Positions 1 to 9,453 of a stretch of DNA of 64,000 bases are shown here, one piece after another (position 1 is the stretch's first letter; each line of letters opens with the position of its first letter). Position numbers and translations under genes: made by a program. The DNA lies in the IMG/VR virus record IMGVR_UViG_3300050159_000048; one strand, 5' to 3'. The stretch comes from a virus. Lineage: Duplodnaviria; Caudoviricetes. The notes under the pieces were generated by a model. That model did not search any database. It saw only the letters and a program-made list of their open reading frames with translations, and had not been told where the DNA came from.

Positions 1-426
1 GTCGCTGCGGGCAAGAAGACGATCGTCATCAAAGATGCCCAGCTTCTCGATGCGATCAAGGGCGGATACAACGTTTCGTCGTTCGTGCAAGGGATGCGCC
101 GCGTCGGTGACCGCTTGTTTGTCGAGCATGTTGACAAGAAGAAGGAACTGGTGCTGAAGAAGACACATGCCCGCGATCTGATCAACAAGGGCATGGTCCT
201 GATTCGTGCCCGATTCGATCTCAAGTCCCACCAACTTGACCCCAAGTACGTCAACGAGAACTACGAAGGTTTCGTCAAGTTCATCCAGGCCCTGTTGACT
301 TGGGACGAACTGTCGGCAACTTTGTCTGACGAAGAGCGCCCGTTCATCAAGCAGGTGTGGGACAATCCTGCGATCTTCAGCAAAGACAAGTCGGAAGAAA
401 AGACCGACGAAAACGATCAGGAATAA
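1..426 (+). CDS. hypothetical phage protein, 5' truncated by window edge
   Basis: frame open from base 1 to TAA at 424-426; GC3-rich codons. Confidence 0.8.
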   Translation, partial: VAAGKKTIVIKDAQLLDAIKGGYNVSSFVQGMRRVGDRLFVEHVDKKKELVLKKTHARDLINKGMVLIRARFDLKSHQLDPKYVNENYEGFVKFIQALLTWDELSATLSDEERPFIKQVWDNPAIFSKDKSEEKTDENDQE

Positions 427-519
427 CCACTCCTGTTGCGAAAAGACGGCAGCAGAGGTATTATCTCTCTGTCGTCGAACAAACGACATCAACCGCAAAC
501 AACTGCAAGGAACTGCACC

Positions 520-1101
520 ATGACCGCAATCGCCAAGCCCTTCATCGCCCCCGTCACCGCCTCTGTCGGCATGAACGAAGTCGTGTCGGTGTTCGTCGCG
601 AAGTACGAAACGGCCCTGATCGAGAAGCGTGACCGTCTGCAACAACTGGTCAAGTCGCTGAAGAGCCAACTGGCCGCTCTCGACAAGGCGCTGATCGACG
701 GCGTCAACAAGGCGGCCTACGAGGTGAACGTGCCCACCCTGAACGTCAAGTTCGAGGTCGAGTCGGTCACCGTCAACTGGACGAAGGAACAGGCGAAGTC
801 GTTCGTCAGCGTCAACACCAAGCTGAAGGACAACGACAAGGGCGAAGATCGCTACGGTTACGGCTTCCAGAAGTCGTTCAAGATCAACGTCAACAGCATC
901 GACTTCGACGACAAGGTTCGTCTCGACGGCGAACTGGAAGCGGCCAACACCGAACTGCTCGCAGCGATCGGCCAACTGAAGGACGTCGGTCGCAAGGAAC
1001 GTCAAGTGCGGGCAACGATCGCTGAACAGCAACTGGAACAAGCGGGCATGTCGGATCTGCTCGGCAACACCGACCTGCAGAAGTTGATCGCAGTCAACTG
1101 A
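520..1101 (+). CDS. hypothetical protein, coiled-coil
   Basis: AAGGA SD before ATG 520; strong codon bias. Confidence 0.85.
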   Translation: MTAIAKPFIAPVTASVGMNEVVSVFVAKYETALIEKRDRLQQLVKSLKSQLAALDKALIDGVNKAAYEVNVPTLNVKFEVESVTVNWTKEQAKSFVSVNTKLKDNDKGEDRYGYGFQKSFKINVNSIDFDDKVRLDGELEAANTELLAAIGQLKDVGRKERQVRATIAEQQLEQAGMSDLLGNTDLQKLIAVN

Positions 1102-1129
1102 TCAAGCTGAGAGTCTACAAAGACTCTCG

Positions 1130-1167
1130 TTGACAACTGAATGGGGAGGTCTTATGATCTCCCCATT
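1130..1167 (+). promoter_or_regulatory. sigma70-type early promoter with -10 in hairpin loop
   Basis: TTGACA(1130)-17nt-TATGAT(1153); stem AATGGGGAG/CTCCCCATT; a separate upstream stem-loop GAGAGTCT/AGACTCTC. Confidence 0.8.
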
Positions 1168-1188
1168 CGCTATTTCCAAATCGCAAAC

Positions 1189-1440
1189 ATGTCCGGCTAC
1201 ACTGGCAATCCTGATGCAGAAGCAGAACACGCGCTTATCCTCGCTGAAAACGCGATTAGAGCGTCGCAATCGCTGATCGACGGTCCTCAGCTCGACGACT
1301 GTCTTGATTGCGGTGAATCGATCAATCCTCTGCGTGTAGCGGCGATGAAGAAGATCGGCATGCGTTGCATGTACTGCATCACCTGCCAACCGAAGCACGA
1401 CAAGGCTGGTGGCATCAGGATGCTTGACAGGATCCTGTAA
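1189..1440 (+). CDS. DksA/TraR C4-type zinc finger protein
   Basis: CLDCGESINPLRVAA...CMYCITCQ, the TraR/DksA C4 finger pattern, with an N-terminal DAEAE acidic tip. Confidence 0.85.
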   Translation: MSGYTGNPDAEAEHALILAENAIRASQSLIDGPQLDDCLDCGESINPLRVAAMKKIGMRCMYCITCQPKHDKAGGIRMLDRIL

Positions 1441-1459
1441 AGACAGGATAATGATCTCC

Positions 1460-1834
1460 ATGAACACCGCACACACCTCCGAAGACGAGCTCAACGAAGC
1501 TGCGTCCTTCTACAGCGATCTCCACAAGGACTTCTACGGCTTCCGGCCGCGGAACGACTTCAGCAACTGGACGGTCGCTGACTACGACGCTGCCGCGAAG
1601 CAGATCACTGATCAGATCGAACGCCGCAAGGAGACGTTCGAGGGTCGCGAGCAGCTGCGTGCTGAAGGCTGGATCGCTGACGAGGTGCTGCCGGACCTGA
1701 TGCAATCCGCGATCATCGCTGCGGAGAGCCGTGACGCTGCTCTGAAGGCTTCCTACGGTGACGACTGGCGGCTGTACGGCGAGGAGAGCATGCTGGAGGC
1801 TCCGAAGCTGCGCAAGCGCTGGGGTGTTGCCTGA
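1460..1834 (+). CDS. hypothetical phage protein (HKDFYGFRPR motif)
   Basis: ORF with codon bias, own upstream promoter. Confidence 0.75.
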   Translation: MNTAHTSEDELNEAASFYSDLHKDFYGFRPRNDFSNWTVADYDAAAKQITDQIERRKETFEGREQLRAEGWIADEVLPDLMQSAIIAAESRDAALKASYGDDWRLYGEESMLEAPKLRKRWGVA

Positions 1835-1883
1835 TCCGCTAGCCGGAGCTATACTCTACTCATCGTAATGCGGAGGCAACATC

Positions 1884-2297
1884 ATGCAGATCTCTCAAGC
1901 CAAACTCAGAAAGATGCGCAGTGGCCAGACTGTGTGGCGTGTGCTGGCACATATCGATGCCCATGGCCTCACCGTCGGCGTGCAGCCGGTGCACTTCACC
2001 GGCAAGAAGGTGCGCAAGCCGATCGGTGTTGGCAGTAGCTGGCGGCCCGTGCAATTCAATTGGGCTGCGTACAACCGCTTGTACGAGCAAGGCGGCAACT
2101 ACCGGTGGCTGACCAACCACTACAAGTTCGCCAATGATGCGTTCGGTCACGGTGCGTTCACCAGCCGCAACTCTGCCGAGCGGTTCGCGCAGGAGATCCG
2201 CGATGGCCTGCATCCTGACCTCATCATGCGTCTGCGGGACAACTTCGAGATGGACCAGTACCTCACGTATGACTACGGCCATCCGGAAGAGGACTGA
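1884..2297 (+). CDS. hypothetical protein
   Basis: GGAGG SD, TATACT upstream. Confidence 0.8.
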   Translation: MQISQAKLRKMRSGQTVWRVLAHIDAHGLTVGVQPVHFTGKKVRKPIGVGSSWRPVQFNWAAYNRLYEQGGNYRWLTNHYKFANDAFGHGAFTSRNSAERFAQEIRDGLHPDLIMRLRDNFEMDQYLTYDYGHPEED

Positions 2298-2302
2298 ACG
2301 AC

Positions 2303-2602
2303 ATGAAGTACTTTGACATCGGCGAAGAACGCTACCACCTCCGCCACCACAACGATGATGACAGCCGCACCGTTGTGCGCTGCGAGGACTTCTCATTCGC
2401 CGTGCTGCTGAAGTTCGACAGCAACCTCAACATCTTCAACGAAGAAGGCAAGCGCTGCGGCCGTCTGAAGGGCTACACCGGCAAATGGGTGTTGGTGATG
2501 GAGGATGGCGAAGAGCGCGATCTCAATGTCAGCTCCTTCGACTACGACTGGCAGGCGTTGGTGAAGGCCGAAGTGGAAGCAGCGAAGGTCCTCCTCAGCT
2601 AA
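2303..2602 (+). CDS. hypothetical protein
   Basis: follows previous ORF by 5 nt; codon bias. Confidence 0.75.
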   Translation: MKYFDIGEERYHLRHHNDDDSRTVVRCEDFSFAVLLKFDSNLNIFNEEGKRCGRLKGYTGKWVLVMEDGEERDLNVSSFDYDWQALVKAEVEAAKVLLS

Positions 2603-2614
2603 GGAACATACAAG

Positions 2615-2764
2615 ATGATCACGTTCGAGATTCAGTGCGCCGTCAAGGCCGGCCAACAAATCGCAGGGAAGCAAGGCGTCCGCGCTGGCGCTGACTACAT
2701 GGCAGCGAACGGCGTGCCGATGAAGCTCGCCCTGGCTGCCCTCGTGTTCTACATGCGCAAGTGA
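2615..2764 (+). CDS. small hypothetical protein (49 aa)
   Basis: AAGGA SD; read by hand, below the ORF-track cutoff. Confidence 0.6.
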   Translation: MITFEIQCAVKAGQQIAGKQGVRAGADYMAANGVPMKLALAALVFYMRK

Positions 2765-2771
2765 TCGCAGC

Positions 2772-2850
2772 GGGCCGGAAGCTTAAGCCCGGTATAAGCG
2801 CCCGACTCATAATCGGAGGATAGTGGGTTCGAATCCCACCCGGCCTACCA
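2772..2850 (+). tRNA. tRNA with CAT anticodon, probably Ile2 (lysidine type)
   Basis: cloverleaf: acceptor GGGCCGG/CCGGCCT, loop CTCATAA, GTGGG-TTCGAAT-CCCAC T arm, encoded CCA; C4-G69/C5-G68 and CGACTCATAATCG resemble Ile2. Confidence 0.9.
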
Positions 2851-2948
2851 CAATCCACTAGTAAACGCGCAGTTGTTGCGTGAAGTGTAGACATTATGCG
2901 AATAACATCGTATAGTATCTCCCACTAGTAAACATTCTGGAGAAAGCA

Positions 2949-3281
2949 ATGGGCTTCCGTACTGTTGTTGTGCTGATGAACGACCGAGCGAGTGAGTGGG
3001 AGAACGATCCCGCGCTCGGCAAACGGATCATGCTCTCTGCCTCAATGAAGAGCACGGGTCAGGTGACCGGTGCACGACATGAACTGCCGTACGGCGAAGT
3101 GGCGGAGCAGGTGCACGGTGATACGCAGTCGCTGATCATCGCCGACGGCTACTCCGCCCGCCCTGTCGCCCACAGCAATTGGCGGCGTGGTGATACGCAC
3201 GAAGTTGTGGAGATGCGGCTGCTGCGTGAGCTCGCCGACAAGCACGGCTTCGACCTGCACAAGAAGCGGAGCAAGAAGTGA
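2949..3281 (+). CDS. hypothetical protein
   Basis: GGAG SD, ORF track. Confidence 0.8.
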   Translation: MGFRTVVVLMNDRASEWENDPALGKRIMLSASMKSTGQVTGARHELPYGEVAEQVHGDTQSLIIADGYSARPVAHSNWRRGDTHEVVEMRLLRELADKHGFDLHKKRSKK

Positions 3282-3472
3282 TCTCGCCGCAAGACACCCC
3301 GGAAGGGGCGAGTGCCGTCTGCGTCGATGCCTCAGGCGTCAACGGAGAGCTGACGGAGGGGCGCACGTACGTCGTGCAGTACTGGGATGGTTGCTGCATC
3401 TCCGTCCGAGGAGATGATGGAATCGGCGTCACAGTCAATCGTGCCCGCTTTGTTCCGTCAGTGCTGAACTGA
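3278..3472 (+). CDS. hypothetical protein
   Basis: GTGA overlap with previous gene. Confidence 0.6.
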   Translation: MISPQDTPEGASAVCVDASGVNGELTEGRTYVVQYWDGCCISVRGDDGIGVTVNRARFVPSVLN

Positions 3473-3674
3473 GACACATCGTAGGCGGAGTTAGGTGACC
3501 AAGTCAACGCGGTCACCTTTCGTGCCGCTCAGGTATTATTCACTCGCCCGCTCTCGCCGTCCATCCCCGGCGTTGCCCGTTCGATCGCATGAATGCATTA
3601 TACTACCAAACATTGCTGTTGTGCTACTGCGTGTGTTGTGGTATTATATGCGTACTGAAACAAAGGAGCACGCG

Positions 3675-3968
3675 ATGGCGAACTACAAAGCACCTCTGAT
3701 CAAGTCGCTCGGTGAGGCCAACTACGCCACGAGTAGTTGGGGCGGCAAGCGCATCACCTTCACTCACGCTCGCAAGGACGGCACGCGGCGCGTCAAGCTG
3801 TGGCTCGCGAACGATGTGTTCCGATCGGATCGCGCACAACAACTGAAGCTCGAGGCGGCACTGAAGCGCAACTACGGTGACAAGTACCTCGGTGGCTACT
3901 TCATCGCTGGTGCTCGAAGTGGCCTGGGCGGCTCGCGCAGTTTCTGCGTCGTGATCAAGAACGACTGA
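3675..3968 (+). CDS. hypothetical basic protein
   Basis: AAGGAG SD, TTGTGC-17-TATTAT promoter upstream; start corrected to ATG 3675. Confidence 0.8.
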   Translation: MANYKAPLIKSLGEANYATSSWGGKRITFTHARKDGTRRVKLWLANDVFRSDRAQQLKLEAALKRNYGDKYLGGYFIAGARSGLGGSRSFCVVIKND

Positions 3969-3979
3969 AAGGCAACACC

Positions 3980-4285
3980 ATGAAGCGCTGGTCATACGCC
4001 AGCGCCGCATCATCTCATCACGGGACGATGCGGTGCAACTGCTGTGGCAAGGCGGTCGAGGGCGAATACCGCTACCGCGAAGGTCGAAGCGGCTACGTAG
4101 TCGAACGCCGTGTGTGCTCAGCGGGCGATGCGGAGTGGGCTCGGCGCGATGCACAGGTCGAGGCCGCCCGCATCCGGACCAAGGAGCAACTGGAAGCGTA
4201 CAAGGCGTTCCGCGACAAGTGGGATGAAGATGCCTTGGACGAGGCGATCGCTTTCCTGGAGAAGCACCTCCGGTATCTCGGTTGA
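3980..4285 (+). CDS. hypothetical protein with CxxC
   Basis: ORF track, AAGG SD. Confidence 0.7.
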   Translation: MKRWSYASAASSHHGTMRCNCCGKAVEGEYRYREGRSGYVVERRVCSAGDAEWARRDAQVEAARIRTKEQLEAYKAFRDKWDEDALDEAIAFLEKHLRYLG

Positions 4286-4319
4286 CGTTGTGGTGAGGAT
4301 ATGAGATACTATCCTCACC
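4282..4319 (+). promoter_or_regulatory. early promoter with -10 in hairpin loop
   Basis: TTGACG-17-GATACT; stem GGTGAGGATA/TATCCTCACC. Confidence 0.8.
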
Positions 4320-4338
4320 GTAACGCATTGGAGCACAC

Positions 4339-4656
4339 GTGACCGTCAAGCACATCATCGACCAGTTGGTTGATCGCGCTACCGAGCTTGGTTGACGACA
4401 AGCTCGGTACCAATTTCCTGGCATCACTGACGACTTGTATGAGGCGGCTGACGGCATGACGGACAAGGAGACCAAAGCGCTCCTTGAGGGCACGCCTATC
4501 CTCGCTCGGCGCAACATCCTTCGCCTGATTTCTGAAGCCCCTGTTGAAACTTGGTACTGTGATGATGGCTGGGTGGATTATGTGGCTGAATATGTGTGCA
4601 GGAATCGCAAGTCGCTCGGTAAGCTGATTACGCACATCAAGCAATTGGCCAGTTGA
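4339..4656 (+). CDS. hypothetical protein
   Basis: GGAG SD then GTG 4339, in frame with ORF 4435-4656. Confidence 0.7.
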
Positions 4657-4711
4657 CGTTGTGGCAAGGTTGCGTTATAGTATCTTCACTGTAACGCAAT
4701 CGGGAACTGAA

Positions 4712-5191
4712 ATGTCCACCTGCTACATCCTTCCTCGTGGTACTCAGATCAATCGTCAGCAAGTGCTGGCCAAGTTCGCGACGTACCTCAGCGACGAGGA
4801 CATGAAGGATACTGAGATCACCCTCGAGAACGCAGAGTCGGTCGGCATTAATGCTGGTGGCTCGTACTGCTGGGTCTCGTTCAACAACGATCTCGTCGGC
4901 TGCGTCTCGACGTATGGCTCTGGCAACGACGACGCTGTTGAGCACTTCGAGCAGACGTTCGGCACGCGTCTGATCAGCGAGCACGACGACGATTTCTCCT
5001 ACCACGACTTCCCTGTTGACGTCCGCGATCCGAACGTCAAGCCGATTGCTGAGAAGGATGGCTGGGAAGTGTTCGAGGACGATGGCTGGTGCTATCTGTA
5101 CAACAGGCCCAACAATTCGTTCTACACGCATGTGCAGTGTGAGCGTGAAGAGATGAACATCGACAACATGATCGCCGACGCTGACGAGTGA
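4712..5191 (+). CDS. hypothetical acidic protein
   Basis: ATG 4712 downstream of a promoter; codon bias. Confidence 0.8.
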   Translation: MSTCYILPRGTQINRQQVLAKFATYLSDEDMKDTEITLENAESVGINAGGSYCWVSFNNDLVGCVSTYGSGNDDAVEHFEQTFGTRLISEHDDDFSYHDFPVDVRDPNVKPIAEKDGWEVFEDDGWCYLYNRPNNSFYTHVQCEREEMNIDNMIADADE

Positions 5192-5195
5192 TCAG

Positions 5196-5233
5196 TTGAC
5201 GCTGCGGTGGGATGATGTTACAATCATCCCACC
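5196..5233 (+). promoter_or_regulatory. early promoter with -10 in hairpin loop
   Basis: TTGACG-17-TACAAT; stem GGTGGGATGAT/ATCATCCCACC. Confidence 0.8.
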
Positions 5234-5262
5234 AGTTAGTAACAGCCACATGAGGTTTCAGC

Positions 5263-5532
5263 ATGGCTAAGGTCTTCGTTCTCTCCGTCAACGGCGGCGA
5301 AGTTGAATCACATCTCGGCGTCTACCGCTCGATGGAATCGGTGATGAAAATGATCACCGAAGAGCGCGACGGCGGCGGCTTCACGCAAGACAACGGGTAT
5401 GACACCGTATCGCCCGCGCGTGAGCCTGAAGATGCAGCAACCGTGACGCTGGTGTATGTGTACGAGCAGGGTCGTGAGTTCTACGACTGGTCGCTGCTGT
5501 TCACGATCCGAGAATGTGAAGTGCAAGACTGA
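5263..5532 (+). CDS. hypothetical protein
   Basis: GAGG SD, own promoter. Confidence 0.8.
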   Translation: MAKVFVLSVNGGEVESHLGVYRSMESVMKMITEERDGGGFTQDNGYDTVSPAREPEDAATVTLVYVYEQGREFYDWSLLFTIRECEVQD

Positions 5533-5603
5533 CTTCGGTTGACGCGGCTGCGGGATGGGGTTACAATCATCCCACTAGTAAACATTCTGCTCTGAGGCAC
5601 ATC

Positions 5604-5861
5604 ATGAGTCAATTCTGTATCCTCTCCACCAACGGCAGCTGGGCCAACGCGTTGGGTTTGGTTGGCGTGTGCGCCGCTGACCTGCACGCGTTTCGCTCGT
5701 TCGTCTACGAGCACTCCGAAGGTGACGATATGACGGTGATGAGCACCTCGGAAGAGATCACCGCGCTGCTGGATAAGGAGGAGCTCGACGTGATCTCGGA
5801 CGGTGAAGCACGCTACGCCGTCACGATCAACGACCACGTGTACGTTGCGGTGGAGTTCTGA
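5604..5861 (+). CDS. hypothetical protein
   Basis: GAGG SD, promoter TTGACG(5539)-17-TACAAT. Confidence 0.8.
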   Translation: MSQFCILSTNGSWANALGLVGVCAADLHAFRSFVYEHSEGDDMTVMSTSEEITALLDKEELDVISDGEARYAVTINDHVYVAVEF

Positions 5862-5872
5862 GGAGACCGACC

Positions 5873-6121
5873 GTGCTGATGTACGATCTGATCAAAGACC
5901 GGCTGCCGCAGCTGATCGACGTCAGCGACGAAGCAGCAGTGCGGCGCATCGCAGAAGACCTGGCTGAGAAGCGGTGGTTGCAGCATGAGATCGCACGCTA
6001 CCTGCGCTGGACGGAGTACTACGAGGTGACTGTCAGCGAAGAACGCTGTCTCACTCGCATGAAGGTTGTCAGTGATCAGGTGAATGAGCGGTTGAGCAAA
6101 GCGTATACGCTCAGCATCTAA
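5873..6121 (+). CDS. hypothetical protein
   Basis: GAGGAG SD, GTG start. Confidence 0.7.
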   Translation: MLMYDLIKDRLPQLIDVSDEAAVRRIAEDLAEKRWLQHEIARYLRWTEYYEVTVSEERCLTRMKVVSDQVNERLSKAYTLSI

Positions 6122-6193
6122 GAAGTCAACGGTTGCCGTCTTGGTGAGGATGCGTTATAGTATCCTCACCGTAACGCATTGGAGCAACGTAAT

Positions 6194-6508
6194 ATGCTGA
6201 CCAAGATCAAAATCGAATATCAGGCCAATTACAACGGCTGTTCCGTCCTCTGCTACTTCAACGGCGAAGAGGACGGTTTCGATGACTTCGACGTGCAACG
6301 GAAGGATCCTGACCTCCACGTCAAGGTGGAAGCTCTGCAGGATGCCGTGATCGACAAGGCGTACGAAGACGTGATCAAGGAAGGGCGCCATCAGGGTGAG
6401 TTCAACGGCGACACGGACGACCTCAAGGAATTCGCTGTCAACAGGGCGAAGGAAGTGTTCGGTGAGGGGGTGGAGATCGTGTTCGAAGTGGATGATTCGT
6501 CCACCTGA
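6194..6508 (+). CDS. hypothetical acidic protein
   Basis: GGAG SD; promoter TTGCCG(6133)-17-TATAGT with stem GGTGAGGAT/ATCCTCACC. Confidence 0.8.
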   Translation: MLTKIKIEYQANYNGCSVLCYFNGEEDGFDDFDVQRKDPDLHVKVEALQDAVIDKAYEDVIKEGRHQGEFNGDTDDLKEFAVNRAKEVFGEGVEIVFEVDDSST

Positions 6509-6659
6509 CCACGTTGCCATCTGAGTGGGATGATTGTTACAATAATCCCACTAGTAAACATTCTCGGTACACATCATGATCTATCTCAAGGTTGCCCTGT
6601 TGTTCTCTCCCGTCATTGCGATGATGATTGCAATCATCGTGAAGAGGGAGTGGTGAATC

Positions 6660-7142
6660 GTGGGTTGGTGGGGTGAAGGTGTGATGGAGGGCGATACGCC
6701 GTGTGACGTCGAACTGACTATGGAGGAGGCGATTCTCGGTCAGCTCCTCCATGACATCTACGACAACGACGGAAAGAAGGCAGCGAACAAGGCTGTAAAG
6801 CTGTACGCTGAACGCCTGAAGGATCCCGTCTACGTGCAGAAGGCGATCGCGGCGATCGACACGGAGGACGAGATCGAAGTGCAGGCTCTCGGCTACGTCA
6901 TCATGGCGTATGGTGGCACAATCGAGCCGATTCGCGCTGAACTGCTGCAGGCGATCGCCAGTGATGACTCGTCATCGTGGCGTAATGCGTCTGCACGTCA
7001 ACGTGCTATGACGAACTTTCGTCGTCGTGTCAATCGCTATACGGGCAACCGTCGAAGTCAAGCACGCATTCAACGTGGACTGCTTCAAGCGATCGGTGAA
7101 GCACTGTCAACTGAGACGAGCGGTCTTGTCAACTGTCGATGA
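6660..7142 (+). CDS. hypothetical protein
   Basis: GGAG SD, GTG start, codon bias. Confidence 0.75.
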   Translation: MGWWGEGVMEGDTPCDVELTMEEAILGQLLHDIYDNDGKKAANKAVKLYAERLKDPVYVQKAIAAIDTEDEIEVQALGYVIMAYGGTIEPIRAELLQAIASDDSSSWRNASARQRAMTNFRRRVNRYTGNRRSQARIQRGLLQAIGEALSTETSGLVNCR

Positions 7143-7235
7143 CTGAAATGGGCGGACAATTCCGCCCACGTTGACCAAGCAGCCGGTTTCTGTTATACTG
7201 GCTTCACTGTCAAACAACACACGCAAGGAACCGAA

Positions 7236-7742
7236 ATGTCCAAGCAAATCCGCGATCTGTTCAGCAACGTCAACGGCGCCAACTTCATCAGCATCGACAC
7301 GGAAACGATTCCGAAGCTGACTGGCGGCAAGAAGAACCCGATGCAGGGTGCGATCCGCAAGGTGACGATCGGCAGCAACGTGATGGTGTTCTCGAACAAG
7401 TCGGGCAGCGCCTACGGTGCGATGGTGGAACGTCGTCTGCGTCAAGAGGGCAAGGATCCTGCATCGTTCCAACTGAGCGAACGTGCATGGGGCACTCGCG
7501 TCGAAGGCACGCCGATCATCGAGCACCACGGTGAAACGTACATTGAAGTGATCTTCCTGAAGTCGGGCAAGACTCACTACCTGCACGGCGTGCGTCCGAT
7601 CAACAAGGCGGAAATCGAAGGCATGCCTGCTGATCACGGAGAAAGTGAACAGGGCGGACTGGAAAACAAGGTGATCATTCGCACGATCAAGGCAGACAGC
7701 ATCAAGCGTGTGGTGATCGACGGGCAAGTCCACACGTTCTAA
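7236..7742 (+). CDS. hypothetical phage protein
   Basis: AAGGA SD; promoter TTGACC(7171)-17-TATACT. Confidence 0.85.
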   Translation: MSKQIRDLFSNVNGANFISIDTETIPKLTGGKKNPMQGAIRKVTIGSNVMVFSNKSGSAYGAMVERRLRQEGKDPASFQLSERAWGTRVEGTPIIEHHGETYIEVIFLKSGKTHYLHGVRPINKAEIEGMPADHGESEQGGLENKVIIRTIKADSIKRVVIDGQVHTF

Positions 7743-7751
7743 GCTGACCAG

Positions 7752-7789
7752 TTGACAAAGTGAGGAGAGTAGACGATACTCTCCTCACT
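7752..7789 (+). promoter_or_regulatory. early promoter with -10 in hairpin loop
   Basis: TTGACA-17-GATACT; perfect 12-bp stem AGTGAGGAGAGT/ACTCTCCTCACT. Confidence 0.85.
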
Positions 7790-7805
7790 GACGAGAAAGA
7801 GCACC

Positions 7806-7991
7806 ATGCCTACCGAACAACATCTCCCGTCCGTCATCACCACAACTGATGCGGCGCGCGTTGGCCGTGAGGTGTTTGGATGCACGAGACTCAGTCCATC
7901 TCAACTTGAGTTTGCTTTCGCAATTGAGCGTGTTGTCATTGAACGCTTGATCGCAGAGAATCTCATCCGTCACGCCAACATTCAGGAGTAA
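7806..7991 (+). CDS. small hypothetical protein
   Basis: own promoter, ORF track. Confidence 0.6.
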   Translation: MPTEQHLPSVITTTDAARVGREVFGCTRLSPSQLEFAFAIERVVIERLIAENLIRHANIQE

Positions 7992-8290
7992 TGATGCAAT
8001 CGATCGTGGTGTACCGCAATCCGCTCGAAGCGGCGATCTGGGAAGGTCTGATGGGCGGTGGTTGGATGTTCATCGTCGTCCTCATCGTCGCCACACTCGC
8101 TGGTGTGTGGGTGTATACGGCGATTGAAGCGTCGTATCGCCGTCATCGCCACACCTACACGTTCAGCTCCAAGAAAACGCCGAATACGTGGTTCTACACG
8201 GTCTACCGCCACAACGGCAAGATCGCGACCGCGGTGACGATCGGCCTGCTGATCCTTGCCCATGTCGCCAACATGCGTGGGTGGTGGTGA
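7991..8290 (+). CDS. membrane protein
   Basis: two hydrophobic segments; CAGGAG SD. Confidence 0.75.
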   Translation: MMQSIVVYRNPLEAAIWEGLMGGGWMFIVVLIVATLAGVWVYTAIEASYRRHRHTYTFSSKKTPNTWFYTVYRHNGKIATAVTIGLLILAHVANMRGWW

Positions 8291-8581
8291 CCAGTTGACC
8301 AAGAGCCAGTATTATGAGATACTGGCTTCACTGTCAACCAACTGGGACCAACCATGATGGAACAATTTGTTGTTAAGTACTTCCGTGACAGGAAGAACTC
8401 AGGTCAGACGGGCATGTGGCTGTGTGAACATGTCTGTTGTGCTGGATACTGGCATTATCAACAGTTGTCTTTCTTGGGCAAGAAGGATGAGTACTACAGT
8501 TGAACTTTGCGGGCAACTGATCCGTTGACCAACAGCCAGTATTGTGAGATACTGGCTTCACTGTCAACCAGAGGAACGAAA

Positions 8582-8761
8582 ATGCAAACCTTCTCCGCAA
8601 CCACCCTTCGTCAACTGCGTGACCATCTGAACTTGTTGTCTGACGACGCGTTGGACACTGAGATCAAGTGCGTCACGTGTTCGGATGATGTGGAGGATGC
8701 TGTTGAAGTGACGATCAGCGACGAGGGCGTCGACATCATCGGTCCTGTTGATTGGCTCTGA
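8582..8761 (+). CDS. small acidic protein
   Basis: GAGGA SD; promoter at 8525. Confidence 0.7.
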   Translation: MQTFSATTLRQLRDHLNLLSDDALDTEIKCVTCSDDVEDAVEVTISDEGVDIIGPVDWL

Positions 8762-8826
8762 CCACTGTTGACCAACGGTGAAGCCTGTGGGATACTGGCT
8801 TCACTGTCAACCAACGGAGATCCGAA

Positions 8827-9126
8827 GTGTCCTACGTCATCTACAACACCGAAACGCTGCAACGGATGAAGTCGCCGAGCAGTGGCCAGCAGACGTTCGA
8901 GACGGAGCGCGTCGCCAAAACGATCCGCACGAAGGTGCTGAAGAAGGTGGATGCGTCGGAGTCGGAAGCTGCTGAGTGGGTGGTCGCCGAGTACAGCGCG
9001 TGGCAGACAGCCGACGTGATGATCACGGTGAAGAGCCTGATGAACGGCGCTGATGTGCAGATCCGCAAGTCGCAACGGGGCAGCCGCGCCTCCGATCCGA
9101 GCATGGAGGGCTACTGGACGATGTGA
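8827..9126 (+). CDS. hypothetical protein
   Basis: GGAG SD, GTG start; promoter at 8768. Confidence 0.8.
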   Translation: MSYVIYNTETLQRMKSPSSGQQTFETERVAKTIRTKVLKKVDASESEAAEWVVAEYSAWQTADVMITVKSLMNGADVQIRKSQRGSRASDPSMEGYWTM

Positions 9127-9228
9127 CCAGTTGACCATCTGAGTGGGCAGGTTAATACCTGCCCACTTGTCGTGTTTGGTCAATTGTGTTATTATCTCTT
9201 TGTCGTTAAACAACTGTAGGAGATCCAA

Positions 9229-9396
9229 ATGATCATCACTCTCACGATTCCCGACGAACTGATCAAGAAGACAGCCGAACAACAGGACATGACTGAACAA
9301 CAAGTGCAGGAGGCGATTCTCAAGCACTACCAAGCTTATGACAACCAGAAAAACGGTTTGTTGGAAGAGCATGTGAACGACATGCTGAACTTCTGA
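9229..9396 (+). CDS. small hypothetical protein (55 aa)
   Basis: AGGAG SD; TTGTCG-17-TATTAT promoter. Confidence 0.65.
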   Translation: MIITLTIPDELIKKTAEQQDMTEQQVQEAILKHYQAYDNQKNGLLEEHVNDMLNF

Positions 9397-9400
9397 CCAG

Positions 9401-9447
9401 TTGACCAGCAGTTGATGTGGTGCTATGATGTACCACATCAACTGCTG
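9401..9447 (+). promoter_or_regulatory. early promoter with -10 in loop of a 16-bp hairpin
   Basis: TTGACC-17-TATGAT; stem CAGCAGTTGATGTGGT/ACCACATCAACTGCTG. Confidence 0.85.
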
Positions 9448-9453
9448 AGGAGC

